A stretch of 41,328 bases of DNA, taken from Candidatus Nanohaloarchaea archaeon. GTDB taxonomy: Archaea; Nanohalarchaeota; Nanosalinia; Nanosalinales; Nanosalinaceae. Numbering within the stretch: position 1 is the first letter of the stretch; every line of letters begins with the position of its first letter. The stretch spans positions 5,428-46,755 of the forward strand of contig JBDGSJ010000026.1 in NCBI GenBank assembly GCA_042217585.1, written 5' to 3'. Below, piece after piece: positions 19,006 through 28,528 of this stretch. Under the pieces are notes generated by a model, which was not told where the DNA came from, searched no databases, and worked only from the letters and a program-made list of their open reading frames with translations. Position numbers and translations under genes: made by a program.

Positions 19006-20130
19006 GTGGTCCCGAAGATGGAAGATCAAATTCAAGAAGCGAAACGGTCAGATTCTGGCGGCGTACCTCAGTCAAACCAGAAAAACCACGAGATAGATGA
19101 AGAGCTTGAGAACCTTATAGAGGAACGGAAAGCCGATATAAAGGTCATAGGGACCGGAGGAGCAGGAAACAATACTATTTCTCGACTTGTTGACGTCGGG
19201 ATCGAGGGATGTGAAACCATCGCGATGAACACCGACGCGCAGGACCTCCTCTACGCCAACGCCGACAAGAAGGTCCTTATCGGCAAGGAACTCACCGGGG
19301 GACTCGGAGCGGGAGCCGACCCCGAGGTCGGCGAGGAATCCGCGAAGGAGTCCCAGCAGAAGATCAAGGAGTCCGTCAAGGGGTCCGACATGGTGTTCAT
19401 CACCTGCGGACTCGGGGGCGGGACCGGTACAGGGTCCGCACACGTCATCGCCCAGCAGGCGAAGAAGGAGGGCGCGCTGACGGTCGGGATCGTCACCCTT
19501 CCCTTCGAGATGGAAGGCGAAGCGAGACAGCAGAACGCGGAGTACGGACTTGAAAGACTTGAAGAGGTCGTCGACACCCTGATCGTGATACCGAACGACA
19601 AGCTTCTCGAGATCGTCCCCGACGTCTCACTCAACACCGCGTTCAAGATCGCGGACGAGATACTGGTCAACGCGGTCAAGGGAGTCACCGAACTCGTGAC
19701 AAAGCCGGGACTGGTCAACCTCGACTTCGCCGACATAAGAGCGGTGATGGGCGAGGGAGGAATCGCCATGATAGGCATGGGACAGAGCGACACGGACTCC
19801 CGTGCATCCGAGGCGGTCCAGAAAGCACTCTCCAACCCGCTGCTCGACGTTGACATCGCCGGCGGAGAGGGTGCACTGGTCAACGTCACAGGAGGGACCT
19901 CGCTCTCGCTTAACGAGGCACAGGAGGTAGTGAACACGGTATCGGACAAGCTCAGCAACGAGGCGAAGATCATCTGGGGTGCGCAGGTCCGCGAGGACAT
20001 GGACGACTCGCTCCAGTCCATGATAATCGTGACAGGAGTGGACTCCCCACAGATCTACGGACCCGAGAAGACGCACCAGGACGAGTACGAGGAAGAGATA
20101 GAGCAGGAACTCGGCGTCGAGTTCATCTAG
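19006..20130 (+). CDS. ftsZ: Cell division protein FtsZ (start may be ATG 19018)
   Basis: GGAGNN, GLGGGTGTG, NLDFAD; conserved position before secE. Confidence 0.97.
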   Translation: MVPKMEDQIQEAKRSDSGGVPQSNQKNHEIDEELENLIEERKADIKVIGTGGAGNNTISRLVDVGIEGCETIAMNTDAQDLLYANADKKVLIGKELTGGLGAGADPEVGEESAKESQQKIKESVKGSDMVFITCGLGGGTGTGSAHVIAQQAKKEGALTVGIVTLPFEMEGEARQQNAEYGLERLEEVVDTLIVIPNDKLLEIVPDVSLNTAFKIADEILVNAVKGVTELVTKPGLVNLDFADIRAVMGEGGIAMIGMGQSDTDSRASEAVQKALSNPLLDVDIAGGEGALVNVTGGTSLSLNEAQEVVNTVSDKLSNEAKIIWGAQVREDMDDSLQSMIIVTGVDSPQIYGPEKTHQDEYEEEIEQELGVEFI

Positions 20131-20146
20131 AGAGCGGTCCGTAAAC

Positions 20147-20172
20147 CTATCCCCCTTCTCTTTCCCCTTTCT
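20147..20172 (+). terminator. Pyrimidine-rich tract after ftsZ
   Basis: CCCCCTTCTCTTTCCCCTTTCT; similar tracts follow slyD, rpl12, hsp20 and serS. Confidence 0.4.
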
Positions 20173-20222
20173 GGCCCTGATCGACAGCGGACACCTTATA
20201 AAAATTGGTGGCGGTTTCTGTT

Positions 20223-20297
20223 TTAACCCGTCAGTACCACTACCGGTGGGAGGGCCTGCATCTGATGCTGGTTCTCTCCTACTGACAGCGGTGTTAA
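20223..20297 (+). promoter_or_regulatory. Structured 5' leader of the secE-spt5-rpl11-rpl1-rpl10 unit
   Basis: TATA CTTATAAA near 20195; nested complementarity TTAAC/GTTAA, GTCAGTA/TACTGAC, CCAC/GTGG, GGGCC/GGTTC, GCAT/ATGC. Confidence 0.55.
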
Positions 20298-20300
20298 CAG

Positions 20301-20519
20301 ATGGTTGAACTCGAGAACCTCGATGAGAAGGTTTACGGCCTGAAGAACGAAGTCCTGGACCGGCTGAGAGAGTACCGGAGAGTCCTCAAAATCTCTGAGA
20401 AGCCGGACCGGGAGGAGTTCGAGATGAGCGCCAAGATTACAGGAGTCGGTATCCTGCTGATAGGAGCGATAGGCTTCATCTTTTACCTGCTGGCAAACCT
20501 GCTACCACAGTACATGTGA
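20301..20519 (+). CDS. secE: Protein translocase subunit SecE/Sec61-gamma
   Basis: EYRRVLKISEKPDREEF followed by one TM helix. Confidence 0.94.
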   Translation: MVELENLDEKVYGLKNEVLDRLREYRRVLKISEKPDREEFEMSAKITGVGILLIGAIGFIFYLLANLLPQYM

Positions 20520-20525
20520 GAAACG

Positions 20526-20963
20526 ATGATACTGACACTCAGAACCACGCGCGGAAGGGAGAAGACGGCGATCAAGGCTATGAGGAGCAAAATCAAGAGC
20601 GAAAACCTTGACATCAACGCGGTCTTCCACCCTGAGGACCTCCGCGGCTACATATTCATCGAGGGCAACGAGGCAGACATCAGGGACCTCGCCAGCGACG
20701 TCAGGAACGCCAGGGGAGTCCTCGATGAGGAGGTCGAGATGGACGAGATAGAGAAATACCTCAGCGAGGAGCAGGAAGACATCAAGCTCGAGGTCGGCGA
20801 CGAGGTCGAGGTCATCGGCGGACCGTTCAAGGGCGAGGAAGCGAAAATCAACAGGGTCGACGACACGAACCGGGAGGTCACGATCGAACTGCTCGACGCC
20901 GCAGTCCCGATCCCGACCACGGTAGACGTCGACATGGTGAGGAAGAAGGCCTCACAGAGCTAA
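20526..20963 (+). CDS. spt5: Transcription elongation factor Spt5/NusG
   Basis: LRGYIFIE (NGN domain) and VEVIGGPFKGE (KOW). Confidence 0.95.
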   Translation: MILTLRTTRGREKTAIKAMRSKIKSENLDINAVFHPEDLRGYIFIEGNEADIRDLASDVRNARGVLDEEVEMDEIEKYLSEEQEDIKLEVGDEVEVIGGPFKGEEAKINRVDDTNREVTIELLDAAVPIPTTVDVDMVRKKASQS

Positions 20964-21004
20964 AAAACGTACTTCAACTCTAGATTACTTCACAGAGTGA
21001 TAAA

Positions 21005-21505
21005 ATGGGAGACAAAAAAACGATCTCAACACTAGTGGAGGGTGGATCAGCGTCTGCTGGCCCTCCGCTAGGACCGGAACTCGGGCCTCTACCCACGGAC
21101 GTGGGAGAGGTTGTAAACGCCATCAACGAAAAAACCAGTGACTTCAAGGGCATGGAGGTCCCCGTCGATGTGATAATCGACGAGGAGACCGGCGACTTCG
21201 AGATAGAGGTCGGAAAGCCGCCTACAGCCGTCCTTATAAAGGACGAGCTGGGTATAGAGAGCGGTTCAGGCGAACCGAACAAGAACAAGGTCGCCGACAT
21301 GTCGTTCGAGCAGGCATGCAAGGTCGCACGTATGAAGGACACCGATCTGCTCGGCATGGACCTCCGCGGCGCCGTCAAGGAGATCATAGGTACCGCCCAC
21401 TCCATGGGTGTGACGGTCGACGGCGAGGAAGCCACGGAGATACACGACAAAATCGATGCTGGCGAGTACGACGACCAGCTTGAACAGGAGGAAGGACTCC
21501 AGTAG
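21005..21505 (+). CDS. rpl11: 50S ribosomal protein uL11
   Basis: GGSASAGPPLGPELGP, IIGTAHSMGVTV. Confidence 0.96.
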   Translation: MGDKKTISTLVEGGSASAGPPLGPELGPLPTDVGEVVNAINEKTSDFKGMEVPVDVIIDEETGDFEIEVGKPPTAVLIKDELGIESGSGEPNKNKVADMSFEQACKVARMKDTDLLGMDLRGAVKEIIGTAHSMGVTVDGEEATEIHDKIDAGEYDDQLEQEEGLQ

Positions 21506-21515
21506 GTGATAAAGG

Positions 21516-22142
21516 ATGGATTTTGAAGAAGCAGTCGAGAAAGCGGTCGAGGAATCCGGCGAAAGGAACTTCAGCGAGAGCATCGACCTGATAATAAACG
21601 TCAGGGACCTCGATCTCTCCGACCCGAACAACCGTTTCAACGAGGACCTCAAGCTGCCGTACCAGGCGGACGAGGACGTCAAGATCGCGGTCATCGGAGA
21701 CACACTGGTGAAGAACGCCGACAACGCGGACAGGACGATCTCGCAGGACGAGCTCGAGGAAGAGTACTTCGAGAACCCGGACAACGCGAAGGACCTGGCA
21801 GAGGAGTTCTCGTTCCTCATCGCAGAGGCCCCGCTGATGCCAAAGATCGGTCAGCAGCTGGGACAGGTGCTCGGACCACGGGACATGATGCCCGATCCGA
21901 TGCCTCCGGGAAGTGATCCGACGGAGACGATCGAGGACCTGAGGAACACGGTAACCGTGAGGCTGAAAGAGCAGCCGCTGATGCAGCTCAAGGTCGGTAA
22001 CGAGGAACAGGACCTGGAGAACGTCGCGATGAACGCGGACTCGGTCTACCAGTTCGTCGTGGACAACCTTCCGAAGGGAAGGAACAACATCAAATCCGTA
22101 CTGATAAAGACCACCATGGGTCCGACAGCGGAGGTGGAGTAG
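21516..22142 (+). CDS. rpl1: 50S ribosomal protein uL1
   Basis: RNFSESIDL, LGQVLGPR, IKTTMGP. Confidence 0.96.
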   Translation: MDFEEAVEKAVEESGERNFSESIDLIINVRDLDLSDPNNRFNEDLKLPYQADEDVKIAVIGDTLVKNADNADRTISQDELEEEYFENPDNAKDLAEEFSFLIAEAPLMPKIGQQLGQVLGPRDMMPDPMPPGSDPTETIEDLRNTVTVRLKEQPLMQLKVGNEEQDLENVAMNADSVYQFVVDNLPKGRNNIKSVLIKTTMGPTAEVE

Positions 22143-23084
22143 ATGGTACAGCCAACCCCGAAGAAGATGACCCGGGAGCAGAAGGAGCAGAAAGTCGAGG
22201 AACTCAGGGAGAACATCGAGGACTATCCGGTCGTGGGAATCCTCGACATGCACAACCTGCCCTCCAGGCAGCTCCAGCAGCTGAAGAAGGAGATGAAGGA
22301 TTTCGCCTCCATCAGGATGTCAAGGAAGACCCTGATGAACCTTTCCATCGACGAGGCGGAAGAGGAGAACATCGAGATCCTGAAGGAGAACGAGGCGATC
22401 CAGCCGGCGTTCATCTTCTCCGAGAAGGATCCATTCCAGCTCTACTCTCTCATACAGGAGAACAAGACCTCGGCCGCGGCACAGGGAGGAGAAATCGCTC
22501 CCAGCGACATCGTGGTGTCGGAGGGCGACACCGGCATCGGACCGGGTCCTCTGCTCAAGAAGCTCGGTAACCGTGGCGTCCCCACAGACGTAGGGGATGA
22601 AGGGACCATCGAGGTCCAGGAGGATGCGGTCATGATCGAGAAGGGAGAGGAGATCTCCAACGAGGACGCCGACATCCTTAACCAGCTCGGGATCGAGCCG
22701 CTGGAGATAGGTCTGGACCTCACCGTGGCCTACAGCGACGGAGAACTGTTCCAGGCAGAGGAACTCGACATCGATCCGGAGGAGTACATGTCGGACCTCG
22801 AGTCCGCGGCAGCCGCCGGATTCAACCTGGCCGTCAACTCCGGGGTCGTCACGGACAGGACCGCTCCCTCGATCATCAGGGAGGCGGTCTCGAACGCGAG
22901 AAGCGTCTCGATCAGCGAGGGCATCCCGACCGAGGAAACCATCGAGGATATCCTCGCCCGTGCCTCCGGGAACGCGGAGTCACTGGACTCGGCGGTCGAC
23001 ACTGAAGATGTAGAGACAGGAGATGAGGAAGAGAACGAGGAAGACGGGGATTCCGGGGAAGAAACAGAAGAGGAAGAGGAGTAG
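22143..23084 (+). CDS. rpl10: 50S ribosomal protein uL10 (P0)
   Basis: GEIAPSDIVV..GDTGIGPGP, LGIEPLEIGL, acidic tail. Confidence 0.95.
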   Translation: MVQPTPKKMTREQKEQKVEELRENIEDYPVVGILDMHNLPSRQLQQLKKEMKDFASIRMSRKTLMNLSIDEAEEENIEILKENEAIQPAFIFSEKDPFQLYSLIQENKTSAAAQGGEIAPSDIVVSEGDTGIGPGPLLKKLGNRGVPTDVGDEGTIEVQEDAVMIEKGEEISNEDADILNQLGIEPLEIGLDLTVAYSDGELFQAEELDIDPEEYMSDLESAAAAGFNLAVNSGVVTDRTAPSIIREAVSNARSVSISEGIPTEETIEDILARASGNAESLDSAVDTEDVETGDEEENEEDGDSGEETEEEEE

Positions 23085-23090
23085 AACTCC

Positions 23091-23783
23091 TCATCCCTCC
23101 CCCGCGATCTTCTCCACTTTTCTCGCCTCTTCTCCCATCATCTCCAGCACCTTCTCCGAGTCCTCCGTGAGGACCGCGACCTCGATCTGCATGTCGCGTG
23201 AGTAGAGATCACCCTTCACCTCTCCGGGCGCTATCTCTTTTCCCCCGGCGACTATCTTCCCGTCCTCGATCCTCCCCTCCTCGTCCGCCAGCGCGGCGAG
23301 GTCCCCGCCTCCGCTCATCTCGGACAGTATCGAGTGGACGTACTTCGGGTACCTGAGCTCGTGGACCTCCCTGCTGTACACGGAGCAGGGGACGTCGCCC
23401 AGCTCCCGGAGGAGCTGCCTGAAACGCCTGATAAGAGATCTCTCACCCGTCTGGTAGACAGGAACTCCTTCACTGTTGACGTGGACCGAGCATCTCACCC
23501 TTGTCAGGAGTTCGTCGCTCTCGGGCATCGGGAATACCGGGTCCTCCATCGGCAGGGATCTTCCGCCTCCCTTCAGGGACCGGACCTCCGGCTCAAGTCC
23601 GACCGCCCTGACAAGCTCGACGGGGATGTGATCTGAGTGATTCTTCCAGTTGTACAGTTCTGAAGGGGTGAAAGCGGTATCGCTGCAGAAACTTCTGACA
23701 GTGCCGATCCGGTCCCAGAGCTCCCGCTCGGAGCGGTCCGACAGTTCCAGTCTTATCTCACCGGGGAGTTCCTCAAGCCTCAT
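23091..23783 (-). CDS. HTH plus degenerate LAGLIDADG-like protein (inferred)
   Basis: FTPSELYNWKN (HTH-like); P..SDELL...Y...E.SLIRRF.QLL.ELG pattern; LAALADEEG resembles a LAGLIDADG helix. Confidence 0.55.
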   Translation of the reverse strand: MRLEELPGEIRLELSDRSERELWDRIGTVRSFCSDTAFTPSELYNWKNHSDHIPVELVRAVGLEPEVRSLKGGGRSLPMEDPVFPMPESDELLTRVRCSVHVNSEGVPVYQTGERSLIRRFRQLLRELGDVPCSVYSREVHELRYPKYVHSILSEMSGGGDLAALADEEGRIEDGKIVAGGKEIAPGEVKGDLYSRDMQIEVAVLTEDSEKVLEMMGEEARKVEKIAGEG

Positions 23784-23854
23784 CTGTAATCAGCTATGTA
23801 ACGAGGCCTTTTAAGGGTTGGCCGCGAAGAAGTTCCTATCGAGGTGACAACATA

Positions 23855-24175
23855 ATGGAGCTTATCTACGCAGCACTGACACTCCACGAGGCCGGAAAGG
23901 ATATCAACGAGGACAATCTTGAGGCGATCGTTGACGCGGCCGACCTGGACGTCGATGACTCCGAGATCGCGGCGCTTGTCGCGGCACTGGAGGACGTCGA
24001 TGTCGAGGAAGCGATGGAGAGCGCAGTCGCAGCACCTGCAGCTTCTGCTCCTGCCGCAGAAGGCGGCGAGGACGCTTCCGAGGAAGAGGAAGAAGAGGAA
24101 GAAGAGGCCGAAGAAGAGGAAGAAGACGAGGCCGACGAGGAAGAAGCTGCAGAAGGGCTCGGAGAGCTGTTCTAA
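23855..24175 (+). CDS. rpl12: 50S ribosomal stalk protein P1/L12
   Basis: MELIYAALTLH, Ala-rich hinge, Glu-rich tail ending EGLGELF; GAGGTGA SD. Confidence 0.96.
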   Translation: MELIYAALTLHEAGKDINEDNLEAIVDAADLDVDDSEIAALVAALEDVDVEEAMESAVAAPAASAPAAEGGEDASEEEEEEEEEAEEEEEDEADEEEAAEGLGELF

Positions 24176-24268
24176 ACAGGTCTCCAGGCCTGAAACATTT
24201 TTTTCTTATCCTTCTGGACCTGAGGCAGCCCGAAGTTAATAAATCAGCCTCCACCAAAAATTATCCAG

Positions 24269-24943
24269 ATGGCTGTCCCGACGACCGCCTAGTCCACAGT
24301 ACTGATAGCGGGTATCGCGTCCCTGGTATCCTATGCCGTCCTGAGGTACAGGAACAGGGAGAACAGGGTCGAGTCGGTCAGCTACTTTACGCGTTTTTTC
24401 CTGTGGATGGGCGTCTACTTCCTGACCATCGGACTTCCCTTCCTGTCCCCGTACAGCTTCGGCGGTGAGGCCTCACTGCTCATCTACTACTACGGAGTGC
24501 TTTTCATGTTCGTGGCGGCAGCTCACTACATCCAGGTCCCGCTCCACATACTGAAACCAGGATGGAAGAAATACGGGTTCTACGGGACCGTTGGCGCCGG
24601 TGTGCTGGCGGTCGCCTGGAACATGGCGGCGTTCAGTCCTGTCGAGGGAACGGGCATAGAGGCGATCTCCACCGCAGGTCTTCCCTCGAGCCCCCTGATA
24701 ACACTCCTCACCCTGGGAGTTTTCGCACTTGGCGGAGGAGGGTTCTTCATCTACCTGTCGATGAAGAGGCATGGCGTGGAGAGAGGTCGTCTGCTTCTTG
24801 TCGCACTCGGCTTCATAGGCTTCACGGTATTCGGGGCGGTCCAGCAGGCTTATTCCCCCGAACTGTTCTCTGAGAGCGCCTGGGGAATCACGATTTCACT
24901 TATATCCATCTTCGCGGGCGTGATGCTAAAGTCAAGGACCTGA
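24269..24943 (+). pseudogene. ~7-TM membrane protein gene with an in-frame TAG at codon 8
   Basis: ATG 24269 is in frame with ORF 24407-24943; reads MAVPTTA*STVLIAGIASLVSYAVLRYR; TAG at 24290-24292 removes the first TM helix. Confidence 0.65.
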
Positions 24944-24982
24944 TGGCGTCAAATTATTAAGAGACCATGACATAACCCGGTT

Positions 24983-25702
24983 ATGTCGCTGGATATAGGC
25001 GAGGTTCTTCAGGAAGGATTTGACAGGACGCTGGAGAAGAACGGCCTGATGTTCGCAGGCCTCTTCTATGTTACAAGTCTTCTCTCGGCAGTCGCCTCCG
25101 ATACACTGATGAAGGGGATGGAGTTCAGTACCATGTACCAGGGTCAGATGCAGCAGGCGACCTATCCTCTGGCAGCAGGTTCGGCGGCGCTGGGAGGCGT
25201 CCTTGCGCTTGTAGGCTCGCTCGTGTCAGCGCTCATCGGGGTAGCAGCTCTCAGGACCTTTACAAGTTCCGAGACCGAGACCATACCTACGGAGTACTTC
25301 ACGGACAACATCCTTTTCGTGCTCGGCAACCTGATAGTAGGTGGAATAGCATTCGCAGTCATGGTAGGCTTCGGGTTCTTGCTGCTCGTGATACCAGGCC
25401 TCTTCCTGCTGGTAAGCCTCTACTTCTGGAACGTGATAGTGATCGTAGAGAGATCCAACTTCATAGACGCGATGCAGGAGAGCTGGAACATGACCAGCGG
25501 AAATCGGCTCAAGCTTTTCCTGCTGGGAGCAGTCGTGCTGATCGGTACAGGGATCTTCACCTCCATCCTCTCAATGCCGATCAACCTTGTCCTGGGACCC
25601 AGCCCCGTGGCATCGATACTGGCCCTTATACCGGGTGCACTGACAGCAGTCTTCAGCTCGGCGACCACGGCCAGCGCCTACAAGCAACTCAAGGAGGACT
25701 GA
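24983..25702 (+). CDS. Multi-pass membrane protein (LLVIPGL...AM.ESW type, common in haloarchaea)
   Basis: About six hydrophobic segments; GFLLLVIPGLFL, DAMQESWNMTSGN. Confidence 0.75.
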   Translation: MSLDIGEVLQEGFDRTLEKNGLMFAGLFYVTSLLSAVASDTLMKGMEFSTMYQGQMQQATYPLAAGSAALGGVLALVGSLVSALIGVAALRTFTSSETETIPTEYFTDNILFVLGNLIVGGIAFAVMVGFGFLLLVIPGLFLLVSLYFWNVIVIVERSNFIDAMQESWNMTSGNRLKLFLLGAVVLIGTGIFTSILSMPINLVLGPSPVASILALIPGALTAVFSSATTASAYKQLKED

Positions 25703-25768
25703 AACTCCTCCGTTAACCCCTCTCTTCTTTTTCATATGAGATAAAAAAATAGAGGTGAAATCGGACCC

Positions 25769-28528
25769 ATGACCAGTCTCGAGAAGCTCAAGGACCGGAT
25801 AAGGGACGAGGCATCCGACAACCCGGACAAGTTCTTCGCCACAGAGGTCCTGAGGGAGAAGGGCTTCTCGAGAGGCAGGTGCAGCAACTGCGGCATGCAT
25901 TTCTGGAGCGCAGACGGGGACCGCGAATTCTGCGGCGAACCGGAGTGCTCCGGTGGATACACGTTCATAAATGACTCGCCCACCGATGAGACCTTCTCCT
26001 ACGTGGAGGCGTGGGAGACCTACCGGGACTTCATGTCGGACCGCGGTTACGAGCCCATCGACAGGTATCCCGTGGTCGCCCGGTGGAGGGACGACGTCGA
26101 GTTCGTGGGCGGCAGCATATACAACTTCCAGCCCTACGTGGTCTCAGGAGAGGCAGAACCCCCCGCACCCGAACTGGTGGTCCCGCAGCCCTCCCTCAGG
26201 TTCAACGACATCGACAACGTCGGCATAACCGGAAGGCACTACGTGATGCACGACCACATAGGACAGACCTGCTTCAGACCCCCTGAAAAGTACGACCAGG
26301 ACCGGTACTTCAGGGACATGTTCGAGTTCGCGATACAGGCCCTCGGTATCCCCGAGGAAAAGCTCATCCTCCACGAGGACGCCTGGGGCGGCGGAGGAAA
26401 CCTGGGTGCGTGCATGGAGTTCTTCGTCGACGGCCTGGAGCTGTGGAACCAGGTCTACATGTTCTACGAGCAGACGCCTGAGGGCTACGAGGAGCTGGAC
26501 CTGAAGGTCCTGGACATGGGGATGGGACATGAAAGGATCACCTGGATCTCACACGGCACCGAGACCAGCTACGAGTGCGTGATGCCCGAGGTCCTCGAGG
26601 AGATGAAGGAGAGGACCGGGGTCGACGTGAACCAGGAGCTCTGGGAGGATTTCCTGCCGTACTCGTCCTACCTGAACGTGGATGAGGTCGAGGACATCGA
26701 CGAGAAATGGGAGGAGATAGCCGACGAACTCGGGGTCCACGTCGACGAGCTCAAGGACGAGATAAAGCCGGCCGCGGCGATGTACTCGGTGGCCGAACAC
26801 GTCAGGGCCCTTATGTTCGCGCTTGCCGACGGAAAGCTCCCGTCGAACACCGGCGAGGCCCACAACCTGAGGATAATCTACAGGCGGGCGATGGACTTCG
26901 TGGAGAAGTACGGATGGGACATCGACCTGGGCGAGGTCGCGGAGTGGCACGCCGAGGAGCTCGGCCCGATGTTCCCCGAACTGGAGGACAAGCTGGACGA
27001 GATAAAGAAGATAATGGAGGTCGAGAAGAGGAAATACGAGAAATCCCGGGAGGAGGCCCGGAAGAAGCTGGATAAGATGGACGGCGAACCGACCGTCGAG
27101 AGGATGATAGAGCTGTACGAGAGCCACGGTGTATCACCAGAGATGATGGAGGAGCGCGGCATCGAGGTCCCGGAGGACTTCTACACACGGGTCGCGGAGG
27201 AGGACGAATCCGTCCAGGAGGTCGAAGAGAAGTTCGACCTTGAAGACGTGCCGGAAACAGAGCTACTTTACTACGAGGACGAGACACAGAGGCAGTGCAG
27301 GGCGGAGGTCGTCGCTGTCAGGGAAGACTGGGTGGCGCTGGACCGGACCGTCTTCTACCCGGAGGGCGGAGGACAGGAGGAGGACCACGGACGGATCGAC
27401 GGAGAGAAAGTGGTCGACACGCAGAAACAGGACGGCGTCGTCCTCCACCACGTACCGGACCACGACCTTGAGAAGGGCGACCGCGTCGTCGGCAAGCTGG
27501 AATGGGAGAGGAGAAGACAGCTCATGAAGCACCACTCGACCACACACATGGTGAACGGCGCGACGAAGGACCTCCTGGGCGACCACATCTGGCAGGCGGG
27601 GTCCCACAAGTCCGTCGAAAAGGGAAGACTGGACGTCACACACTACGAGAAACCATCGAGAGAACAGCTTGACAGGATTGAGGACCGCGTGAAGCAGGTC
27701 ATAGAGGAGGACCTCGAGATAAATAAGGACAGGCTGAAGAGGAGCCGGGCCGAGCAGGAGTACGGCTTCCGGATCTACCAGGGAGGCGCGGTCCCCGGCG
27801 ACACCGTCAGGATAGTCACCATCGGCGAGGACTTCGACGTCGAGGCCTGCGGAGGCACCCACCTGTCCTCCACGGGAGAGGCAGGAGAGTTCGTGGTCAC
27901 AGGAAGCCGGAAGGTCCAGGACGGCGTCATAAGGCTGGAGTACCGGGCCGGAGAAGCCGCCGAGCAGTACCTGAACAGGATACAGAACCGCGTGGAAGAG
28001 GTCGAGGAGGTCCTCGGCACGGAGTCAACCAGAGAGCCGAGAGAGGTCCAGCGAGAGCTCGTGGACGTCTTCTCCGTAGAGCCGGACCAGCTCGAGGACA
28101 CGGTCCGCAGGTTCAAGCGGGAGGAAGAGGAGAGAAGAGAAACCATCAAGAGGCTCGCGGACTACACCGGCTCAGAGATCAGGATGGAAGAGGTCAGCGG
28201 TAAAGGGACGGTCGAGAGAGCGGAAAGCCTCTTCGAGACCTGGAAGGAGCACGAGAAGACGATCGAGGAGCTCGAGGACCGTATAGAGGAGGTGGTCGAG
28301 GACCGCATCGATGACGGGGTAGAGGAGGAGGTCCCGACCGACAACGTCGGACTACTCATACAGGTCGCGAAGAAGCTCTCGTCGAAACACGACACCGTCG
28401 TCACTCTCGTGGGAGAAAAGGGAGCCGTATCTGCCTCTGGAACGGACGTAAGCGCCCGGGAACAGCTCCAGAAGTACTCGGATGACGTCCAGGGCGATGA
28501 TAGCTTCGCGAAGGCGTTCGACCTCTAG
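25769..28528 (+). CDS. alaS: Alanine-tRNA ligase, full-length archaeal type
   Basis: RYPVVARWRDD, RFNDIDNVGITGRH, FYPEGGGQ, HxxxH and CGGTH editing motifs. Confidence 0.97.
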   Translation: MTSLEKLKDRIRDEASDNPDKFFATEVLREKGFSRGRCSNCGMHFWSADGDREFCGEPECSGGYTFINDSPTDETFSYVEAWETYRDFMSDRGYEPIDRYPVVARWRDDVEFVGGSIYNFQPYVVSGEAEPPAPELVVPQPSLRFNDIDNVGITGRHYVMHDHIGQTCFRPPEKYDQDRYFRDMFEFAIQALGIPEEKLILHEDAWGGGGNLGACMEFFVDGLELWNQVYMFYEQTPEGYEELDLKVLDMGMGHERITWISHGTETSYECVMPEVLEEMKERTGVDVNQELWEDFLPYSSYLNVDEVEDIDEKWEEIADELGVHVDELKDEIKPAAAMYSVAEHVRALMFALADGKLPSNTGEAHNLRIIYRRAMDFVEKYGWDIDLGEVAEWHAEELGPMFPELEDKLDEIKKIMEVEKRKYEKSREEARKKLDKMDGEPTVERMIELYESHGVSPEMMEERGIEVPEDFYTRVAEEDESVQEVEEKFDLEDVPETELLYYEDETQRQCRAEVVAVREDWVALDRTVFYPEGGGQEEDHGRIDGEKVVDTQKQDGVVLHHVPDHDLEKGDRVVGKLEWERRRQLMKHHSTTHMVNGATKDLLGDHIWQAGSHKSVEKGRLDVTHYEKPSREQLDRIEDRVKQVIEEDLEINKDRLKRSRAEQEYGFRIYQGGAVPGDTVRIVTIGEDFDVEACGGTHLSSTGEAGEFVVTGSRKVQDGVIRLEYRAGEAAEQYLNRIQNRVEEVEEVLGTESTREPREVQRELVDVFSVEPDQLEDTVRRFKREEEERRETIKRLADYTGSEIRMEEVSGKGTVERAESLFETWKEHEKTIEELEDRIEEVVEDRIDDGVEEEVPTDNVGLLIQVAKKLSSKHDTVVTLVGEKGAVSASGTDVSAREQLQKYSDDVQGDDSFAKAFDL

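Noticed and set aside
24078..24146. GAA/GAG tandem repeats
   Set aside because: They encode the normal poly-Glu tail of the P1/L12 stalk protein.
24290..24292. Genome-wide TAG recoding (pyrrolysine)
   Set aside because: ftsZ, rpl11, rpl1, rpl10, alaS, tyrS, serS and topA all end at TAG at their expected C-termini.
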